A stretch of DNA of 64,000 nucleotides, taken from positions 62,001 to 126,000 of the forward strand of contig KZ538039.1 of assembly GCA_000934665.2 (NCBI GenBank), given 5' to 3'. Below are positions 54,757 through 64,000 of this stretch, piece after piece. This DNA is from Catajapyx aquilonaris. Its lineage: Eukaryota. The notes beneath the pieces are model-generated. The model was not told where the DNA came from and did no database searches. It worked only from the letters and a program-made list of their open reading frames with translations. The translations under genes and the position numbers were made by a program. Position 1 is the first letter of the stretch; the number at the start of each line of letters is the position of its first letter.

Positions 54757-54960
54757 TTGATTGGTTGGAGGGAATAAACGGGAGTGTTGATTGGTTTGGA
54801 GGGATAAACGGGAGAGTTGATTGGTGGGGAATGAAAGACGTATGAGGTGGGTGTAAAAGGGGACAGTGAGCTATATGATAGGTGTGGGATGATTTGATGC
54901 CAGTGCTGATTGGTTAGTAGTAAAAAGAGGAGCCTAGATTGGTCTTTAAGTATAAAGAGA
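54757..54960. repeat. Degenerate ~30-bp tandem repeat carrying phased ATTGG/CCAAT boxes
   Basis: ttgattggt begins at 54757, 54787 and 54817 (first two units nearly identical); further gattggt copies at ~54908 and ~54937. Confidence 0.7.
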
Positions 54961-57900
54961 ACATGTAACAGGCTAGCGTGTCTGTGAATTCACAATCGCG
55001 TCTATTATACATAATTAAATAGTTATGCAAAGATCACGCTCAGCTACAGAATATCGCAAAATAGCTCTATTACTCGCATTATCTGTTCTTAGTTTCAATG
55101 AAATAATGAATCATCATTTACAGAAGTGAACAGGTGATTTAATCACTTTATCGAAATTAAGACACACATTGGACATTGTGAGAGATTGAGTTATTATGAA
55201 ATCTGCTGGGCTTTCAATCGTGGTGATAAGAGTTTCCCATAGGGAGTTGCTGGACATGAAATAGCTGCATGAAATCCGGATGTGATTGGAGTTTCCTTGC
55301 ACAAGTATGATCTCGGCTTCCTGTTTCTGCGTGTTCAATGAAGTGGTCACTTGGGAAATAACCCCTTGTGCAAATTGACATCCTAAACCACGACATCTCT
55401 TCTTCTCCGTTGCAAATTGCATTTGTTCCCTAGTTTTAATTAAACAGATGTAGTGAACGTCACTCACTCAAATCCACCTAGTCCAGTACGAAATGTGTGA
55501 AACGATTCATTTTTATTTTCACATTGTGCCAAATGGGTACGCCCGTGCAGAAACATAGCAGTCCGTAATTACACGCTTTCACTTATCAATCATATGACTT
55601 AGTTATTTTTAAATGCGCTAGAAAGGGTTCCCATCAGCTCTTGCAAAGTCTTCACAGAGAGAAAATTAATTCTCCATTCGAGACTGGTATATTTTCCAGT
55701 AATTCCGCTAGGAGATTGAATTTTCCCATAATACACTCATTCGGTTCGTATTGACGTCACTCACGCCATCAATTCTGCCAACTGATACGATATTAATCAG
55801 CTGACTGTCAGCTTCATTAGTTGAATGAGCTTCGTCCAGTCATTTAATGTAGAGAAGGCAGCGTGGCCGCAATCAAAAGCTATATCTCACGGGCGTGTTA
55901 AATGAAAAGCTTTCGGCAATTGCGATTCTGCACGGCAAATCGACTCAGCCCTTTTATGTGCGTGCATTTAGTGAACCCCCAACCTCCAGCATATATGGTA
56001 GAACCCACCCAAAAAGAAATGGCCTCCATTTCCCAGTCGCAAAACCGTCCTAAGGGCGTTGCAGGGATCGAATATCCAGAATAACAAGCTATCCACAGGT
56101 GTTCGCACCAATACTGTGCAGCCCCGGTAGGCATAACATATTCGGTAGGCACGGATCGTGTGCAAACACACACGTTTCATTGCGGTTAAAGCTCCTTACT
56201 TCATGAAATATTCAGTTACACTGTATGTGGCACACAGTACATTTGGTAATGTCAGCGTCCTTATTCCCTTATACTGTTCCACTACCTAGGATATTGTTTT
56301 TCGGATTGTCCCAGCTTTTTGTGTGTGTGCATATAAATCAACTGCTTTACGGGCGCCCTTCTTACGAGCTATACCCTGAGTTATGCCTTTTTGAAGTGTC
56401 CCGCAGAGACTGCCTTCAATATATTTGTAACGTCGGAAGTGTGCAAGTCTTGCTGGTTATCATGTTTTTATCCCACTTTCTAAGTGCACCCTGGCGACAA
56501 ATCCACGAGATTCCTCGCTGGCGCTACTCTAAATTTTAATTGCGCCCTCAATATTTCAAAAAACTGCGAGGGTATGAAGAACCCTTACTATTTTACGACT
56601 TCTCGTCCATATATGGACACTCTCAAAGGGCACTGGCAAACAATTGGTTGTTCCCCACTTAAACAACAACAATTAAGGTAACATACCTAAAGGTATTTTC
56701 TTATAATTGTATTGCCGTGCAATATTCCGTTCAGGTTATTAACATCCAATTTCAAGTTTGACACGCGACAATCTTTACTACAACTCTATTAGCAAGGGGC
56801 ACGTTCTTGATCCCTGATAGTTAGAGTATAACGGAGCGGTGTCTGTATACTGGCTTGTCACTTGTCAGATCTCGCTATTGACAATATCAACAGGCGCTCT
56901 GAGTAGTTCGATTATTCTGGATGGCGAGTGCCAGTAAATCCAGTATTCATATAGTGTATCGGAGCAATAATCAATAGCCAATTCTATTTTATTGCCAACT
57001 CAAGTGAGCTATAATGATTGTGATTTGTGATACAGGAGTTAAAGTACACACGTCTATATCAATTTTCAACTATCTGTGGCCATATGCAGATGCATCAGTA
57101 TATCCACCAGTTCTGCAATTTCCTGCCCATAAAGCCATTGCCGCACTACTGAACTTTCCTTTCCACTCTCCAACCTTGCACCCAATGACCCCCATCTCGT
57201 TGGCCCTGTAAAGTAACTCTGGCGCGATGAGAAGTTCTAATTGGATGGGACAGTGGAATCTATAGGAGAGGTCAGGTGGCTTTACACTTCAGGTAACCGC
57301 TTTCCTCTAAATGGATATATCAACTTTTATTACGCTGGGGAAGGCGCAGAAATTTCTGATCTTGACACACAAGTAACTGTGATATTCAACCCTCTCTACA
57401 GTGCATTTTCAACAAATTGGATTTGCAAAATAAAAATGCATACACATCTTCGCTCATTCGTTTCCCCTCGTAAGAAAATTGCTACAAAAATTATTCCTCA
57501 AGCATCAAGCAGATACGTATATTACGCCAAAGGCAAGTTTCTATATGGCTGACTCTGATTGCAATCATCGTGACATTGTTTCCCTCGCATCATTGCTGCT
57601 GAGAATGTAATATCTTTCAGGTCGCCAGAGAAAAGGGTCGGGAGGCGCAGATGTAAAGGCTTTTCAGCTATACTTTCATAAAGAGAAGTACTGTACAAAA
57701 GGTGAAGCACAATCACTCCTCTGCCAAAAGAAACCGTAACAAACATGTCATTAGTCGTGAACTAATTAATAAGGAGTCCGTTCTATGAACTGTTCGCTTC
57801 CACTAAGGGAATGGGAGGGAAAAAAACATCCAATACCCAATATCCTGAATTCACTTGGGCACAATGTACCCAGACAGGTCCTGCAGAAACCAGTCTGATG

Positions 57901-60900
57901 CCGGCAAGAGATCAAAATACGGCGCAACAGATGGTTGAAAATATGCTACCATTAAGTAGCACCATTACCCTAAACCTTGCAATATTGAAGGACAATATTG
58001 AGGGCCAATATCAGCTCATAAGGGCAAGCTTTGTTGACTGTACTTGCGTCAACAATGGGGAGCTTCATAAACAAGGCAGTTTGCAACTAGGACGATATTA
58101 CCAATCAATTTGCCTTTCACAGCCCCTTACGGTACAGTACAAAGTCGCTTGCATTCAGTGATCATTATAATTAATGACGAACAGCCCATCGCTTGGCTTA
58201 CAGGGTGTCAAGGAATATTCGTAAGTGAAGAAAAGGTCCTTGATTTCCCCTCCACTTCACAAATATAGGGCGCATCGATTAGTGCCGTGTACCAATTATT
58301 CACGAGGTGGCAAGGTATATAGCAATGTTCCCTTCTGTGCTGATGCAAAGCCGGCGCGGCGTCACATGCGAGCGAAAAAAAGCGTCAAACTAGTTCATTG
58401 AATATTTCATGGTAATCATCCGTCAAATGTCACCATACATCTACGGGGGATAGCTATTTTTTTCATCAAAAAAAAATGCAGCCAGCAACTGCATAATCAA
58501 CGTTCATAAAACCCTGAACAATATGAAGTCGTCCTATTGTGATGCAAGTTATTATTATCCTGCCAGAGAATATACCATGTAGCCACCCTCCACGCACCAG
58601 TGCAACTCTGGTTGCCGAGCTGGAAGGATATAACGAAATAAAATTCTGCATTTCGACCACTCATTCACATAGGCTACCACGTTCCTTTTAATTCATAGAT
58701 GACAGCATACGAGTTTTCCGAATCATTCAAATTGAGCACCATTTTAGTCTTAATTTTATTACATCAAGTCGAAAAACTGGATAGACCCCACGGGCCTGTA
58801 CAGTACAGTCAAATTAACATCATTGTTAGCACTGGAAACTCGTTACGAGCCTTACATATATAGATCAAAGGTGTTTGCATTAAAATATGCATTCCCAAGA
58901 GTGAGACTTGATTCCTGATTTACCTGCGTTAAACTAATTTCTCTAGCTATATATAACTTTCTCAAGGCAAAAGCTGAAAGGCAGATCTAAGCTCCGGTAT
59001 CCGAATCAAATTGAGCCGCTTTATTAGTACACCATACGGTTTTATTAATCCATTGCTTTCCGAATGTCCTCTCACCCTTCTCTCTGCCTTGCATAACTCC
59101 GTATTATCCTGTCAGCTCCATGGAATGTCATGATATATCATAACGATGGCTGTTAACCTATAGTGATTACGTCTATTGGGAGAGGTCTGAAGCAATCGTG
59201 CCGCAGCTGTAAACCAATTCTAATGCGAACTGACTACATGTGTGTGCGTGCATGTGTCGTGGGAGAAGTTTTAAACATTGCAGCACAACTTTATAAACAC
59301 CGCACAAAACCGTAATAGCCGAAAAACGGCCATTTACTCTCCAATATGGCTGTTATATTTCCACCAAGTAATCTGCCAGCTCTCCCAGCCCGTGATTCTA
59401 ATCCTGTAGCTTATGTAAATGTAACGGCATGAAAATCCACATTCATAAACAAAATTTCCCTTCGGACTACCTTTTTATAGTTCCCGAGGTTGACACGCAT
59501 ACATTTAACTCCACTGCAATTACTCCGACTACAAAAAAAAAACAGCTTTCTTAGCCGTTTACGTCTCACAAGAAACTAAAATCCGAGGCGCCTCCGTCCT
59601 TGGTCAACACAAAAAAGGTCCAGATTATGGCAAAAGGGGCATACAGTTCAAGTCCTTTTCAGACCCCCCTAAAAATTGATTGCATAACCACGTTTTTCTC
59701 CCCAAATCCTCCGAATAAAAACGTGACGCCATTCCAAATTCAAACAAGCAACTCGACCCCAGCCCAACTCAATTACTTATGTACCCATCCAGCATTTGTA
59801 GCAATAGACTTGCAGTCGTGACATATGCTCGAGAAAATGATCCTACATGGAATGAGGCCAAGGTAATCCCCGACTAGACCACCAGCTCTTCTCTTCCATT
59901 GAAGCCTTGCGCCACCTGTTGCCCCTCAAAACGAACTGCGCAACTTCCGCATCAGGCCTCTTTTTGGCCATTTGCACCACAAAGCCCCCCTCGTCGCGCT
60001 TAAAATATGCTATTAGGCTGAAAAAAAGGGCTTCGGTTTTCAGGCCGTTCCCGAAAAAAATACCCACGTGAGAATCATTCACCTTTGACCCCCCCCACCT
60101 CGTCCATCGCGACCATGATTTCCGGGCAATGGGTTCCCTCAGGCTGTAGCACGAGTTCGATTATAGGTTTTCGAAATCCGCGACACAGATCCTGTGTGGC
60201 ATGTTAGCTGATAGCAGGACAATGCATTCGTTGAAGCGGAATGCAAAAATATGTATTGTGAATATGCAGGTGCATGTTTGTTTTTTTGGGAGGACTTGGC
60301 AAGCTTTCCTTAGACTCAGGGTATTATTACACATCCTGTCTGAACACGTATCTTGCTATATATGTTTTTATCAGAAACAAGACACTGATTGTGTATCGGA
60401 GGTTTTTGACGTGTGACTGTTCACTTTTAATGACTCACTTATCTTGTCATTGTTCGGCTACGTGTGTGCGACAGTTAAATATTTATGGAGGAGACTATAC
60501 CGCTGCTGGCTGGTTTCAGGATGGAAATAAAACAATACCATCGCGCATTGATATGGCAATGTACTCAACACATACCGGATGTTTCTCATATACTGTTACA
60601 AAAGGCAATTAAAAGCAGCTGTACAGTGACACAGTTACATGGTGTTTGCAGCAACCACTTGAGATAACTCCCAATAATGAGGTTACTCGCAGCACTTTCA
60701 GGCTAGACCGAGGTAGTTACAGTGAATGTAATTCATAAGTGCGTATAATTTTTCCATCAGACAATTTAGCTCAGTTAAAAATGGGCCTTTTAATGTCAAT
60801 TCCCCCTCCTTATAGGCCTTGCTTCACCCCGCATAAAAGAGGACATAGGTCTTAATGACATGCACAGTTATGCGCATAAGCAATCAGCTTGTCCTCTACT

Positions 60901-61145
60901 TAAAACCCAAGCATATCCGATCCCTGGAGTTAATATCGCGGAAATCCTCTCATTGCGATTCGCGTCACTCGGAGGAAAACATGTGAAACGCCTCGACTTT
61001 GGTCACGCCCGGCAAACTTGGAAGCAATTCTGTCCCAATTCCTGGGATGAGTAGAAAATTCCCCCGCGGCCAAAGAGTCAATATCACTTGAGCCTGAGGT
61101 ATTCCGGAAGTGTCGCAGCGTAATCGACGGAAATGTGTCTCTTAC

Positions 61146-61200
61146 CTTCGTATCGACTCCTCCGCCGCTGAAAACTATCTAGCTCTATGTGCTCCGTCAT
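61146..61200 (-). CDS. Candidate distal first coding exon of copy C (MTEHIELDSFQRRRSRYE)
   Basis: CAAC-ATG context; 55 nt to donor AAG|gtaaga, phase 1. Joins to [19 protein letters not shown], giving a basic-then-acidic N-terminus like ATP8A1. In-frame ATGs extend up to 61230. GC-richer putative 5'UTR/promoter at ~61250-62450. Confidence 0.65.
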
Positions 61201-63145
61201 GTTGCGTTCACTCGTCATCATTATCATCATCACGTAGTAGGTACGGTGCAATTCAATGGAAGGATTCGTTCACAAGGAAGGAAACTCATGGTGGGAGAGT
61301 GTCACGAGGAGGAACTTGGTTGTCCAAGCATTGTTGTGTGTACTTCGGAAGAAAGGAAGGTACTCTGGCAGTCTTCTCAATAGGAGCCCAACCCTTTGGA
61401 AGCCTTCATGAAGAACACTTTGTGGGTACACATGGGTACAGGCACTTGTCGACTTTGTCCTGGGTGCGGAGCTGGGGAGACGACAGCACCAGACGAGTTC
61501 GTTGGCAGGCTTCTTTGGTTTTTCGGACAGTTCTTTTTGGCTGTCAAAAGTGGGGCGTCGCCTTGCTGCTGCGCGGTTCTCCCCCACACACACGACCTTT
61601 TCTGGTGGGAGAGGGGGGAGGGAAGGAACTGGGTAGTGGCTATCACTATCACTATCCACCCTATGCACGGGACTAGAAACACCCACTGAATGGACAGCGC
61701 CTGCTCCTCCACCTTCTCCTCCTCCGCCACGTCGTCACCGTCATCATCGTCAGTTGTCCCATGGAAGCCCGTCACTGCTGCCACATCCTGCAACACCAAG
61801 TTCACTCATGGTATCCCCACCACCATCATGCAGTCCTCTTCCAGCATCAGGCACCGTGCAAATAATATGCCACACACACAACACACAACACAGTCGGGGA
61901 GATAGTACGTGTGACGTCACGGATTACGACCCACCCACGTGCTTAGAAGGACGAGTGTGTGTGTTGCTGAAAGGCGCGTATCTGCACCAGCCACACCATG
62001 ATGAGTGTGACCACCATCATGGTCGCCACCATGGTGAGGCAGCAGCACGCCCTCAGCACCGGACCGACCCGTATCCACTGCGACATCGGGCAAGGAGAAG
62101 GTGCTCCTTCACACAATCATAGGGCAGCAGACATACATTTTTGGGAGGCTGGGGGAGTCCCCTCAGGTCGCCAACACACACGCACGCGCGACTGCCTGTT
62201 GCCTAGATATGCTGCATCCCCCGATTGTTGGCGCATGCGATGCAGCCTCCCACCTACTATTCCCCGACCGCATGATCATTAGGACTACTCCCACAACCCA
62301 ATTTTTATCCATTGCACCCTCGATATCCGCCCCCGCCAAGCACAAGCACAACCCCACAGGGACAGCCAAAAGAATAGGATAGGATGGGGGGAAAAGGGGG
62401 GATCTCCTGAAATATCCAATCCCCAGGATCAATAGTGTCTGCGTAAATGGGTTCGACGGATCCACCGACAGGTTAATAGTCAGTCAGGAGGGATATACAT
62501 TAGCGGGGGAGTGTATACGTGCATTGATCGGTTATGCAAGCACTTCATCCTGGAGGGCACGCAACACACCACGCTGCCTATCTCTCAGGATGTGCTGCGG
62601 CCCTCAGGCTGCTCATTCTCCCAATAGGGTTTTCATGCCCAGAAATCTGCAAAGTCCATAAAAGTCCGAGAGTCCGAAAGTAGGTCGACTCCGATTTGGG
62701 GGGGGGGGGGGGGGGNGGGAGGGAGGGATCCCTGTCAGTGATACATTTCATGCAATCCGACCGATCCCCGCAGCTTCGACGGTACGTCCCTAAGCAATAC
62801 TGGCATTCCCGATGGGGCATGCATAAGCACACAGCCATCCACCAAATTACATGCACCAGTGCAATACCTCTTTAGAGCTCAGTGTTATATGGCGAGTAGG
62901 GTGTTAGCAACTTTTCCGCCGCTGCCTCGCGCTAAGCGTATTGGCTGCGGATATGAGAAATATACCACTACCAGAAATTGCGCTTCAGCACAACGACTGC
63001 AAGGAACGAATGGCTCTGCTTTGTATGTACTGCAGCGACGTCTGCACTTTTGCACTTCAAAAGTTTCGTTTTTATTCAGACTCTCACTCTCTTCAAGCGA
63101 TGGTCAGACCTTATTATCCTAATTGCATTCCCATAATGAATTATG

Positions 63146-63303
63146 CAGTGAAACCTGTCTATAGCGGAGTCGAACATTTACCGTAAATTACTACTGTAAT
63201 TCCGCTGTGATGACAAAAATGCAAGGTATCAAACAAAGAAATTATCCAATCTAAAAATTTCCTCTGTATCCGCAATCATTCTGTATGTAGACAGGTTTCA
63301 CTG
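63146..63303. mobile_element. MITE with CAGT-type (pogo/Tigger-like) 16-bp TIRs
   Basis: CAGTGAAACCTGTCTA ... TAGACAGGTTTCACTG, perfect inverted termini; TA duplication not preserved. Confidence 0.7.
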
Positions 63304-63404
63304 TCTTCCACTATCTAGAATTCTAGAAATCCTTAAAATGCAAGATGTAGTCCCGATTGCACATTGCAATCGCCTCTTTCGAGAGAAACTTAAATCATCC
63401 TTTC

Positions 63405-63405
<1 letters not shown>

Positions 63406-63483
<78 letters not shown>
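63406..63483. repeat. (AAT)n microsatellite, ~25 units
   Basis: Uninterrupted aat run; explains the poly-Ile ORF 63390-63641. Confidence 0.95.
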
Positions 63484-64000
63484 TCCAGTGGAGATGCAGA
63501 ACTACTACAGTAACTAAAATCGCACATTAATGACCGGTTGTACAAAAGCAATTTGGAAAAAAAACGCCGATTCTCTGTCGTGTATTCGCAAAACATGATC
63601 AGATATTTGTATGTAATTTTCTTTTCGAGTTGATACAACAAGCACTTAATAACGCATGAAAATTAAAATCAGTTCCTCGCAGGATGTTTCAGGAGTTATT
63701 TCAGTTACCAAGGCGTACACAGTGTATCCCAAGATCGATGTCGGTAATGATTGCGCTAATTTTTCGTGAGGTTGCTCCTAATGATATTAAATTGATACAT
63801 TCATTTCATATGCATAAATCGCATTCCTCTCGAATGGGTAGACAGCGATGAAAATTTAATGAGAATAAGATTACAGATGAAAAGGTAAAATTTAGTTTGA
63901 GCCTAATTATAAATACCTGCCTGAGAAATGTGTATTTGAAAGTAAAGATTTCGATGTTTACCCCGGCTTTGACATGGCCACATAAAGTGTTAGGAGCACT

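Noticed and set aside
54757..54960. CRISPR-like array
   Set aside because: Eukaryotic context, no constant repeat with unique spacers and no cas genes; it is a degenerate tandem repeat.
61250..62465. Dense overlapping ORFs (up to 188 aa) on both strands
   Set aside because: GC-rich, trinucleotide-rich sequence with few stops; better explained as 5'UTR/promoter of the distal first exon.
63390..63641. Poly-Ile ORF
   Set aside because: Translation of the (AAT)n microsatellite.
1..64000. tRNA, rRNA or snRNA genes
   Set aside because: None recognised by eye; a covariance-model scan (tRNAscan-SE, Infernal/Rfam) would be needed to exclude them.

Overview
Eukaryotic (invertebrate animal-like, probably arthropod; inferred from gene content and short GT-AG introns) genomic DNA in which every supportable gene is on the minus strand. 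In order of transcription (right to left): (1) a conserved ATP8A-type P4-ATPase lipid flippase ('copy C', 17-exon body 31224-21746). Its ~30 kb upstream region holds at least four candidate alternative first coding exons, all ending in phase-1 donors. (2) Two diverged but apparently intact tandem paralogues ('copy B' 17825-12959, 'copy A' 12142-5401). Both carry an Asn->His change at the TM4 lipid site. Copy B has also lost one intron and one exon, and the exon loss frameshifts away its autoinhibitory tail. (3) A small three-exon VMA21-like gene not visible in the ORF track, whose stop codon lies 20 nt before the ATG of (4) an EXD1-like piRNA-pathway gene in the same exon: a candidate dicistronic VMA21-EXD1 unit and the most striking observation here. 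The rest is intronic/intergenic DNA with a mariner relic, several MITE-like hairpins, microsatellites and three small N gaps. All gene models were spliced by eye and have no transcript support.
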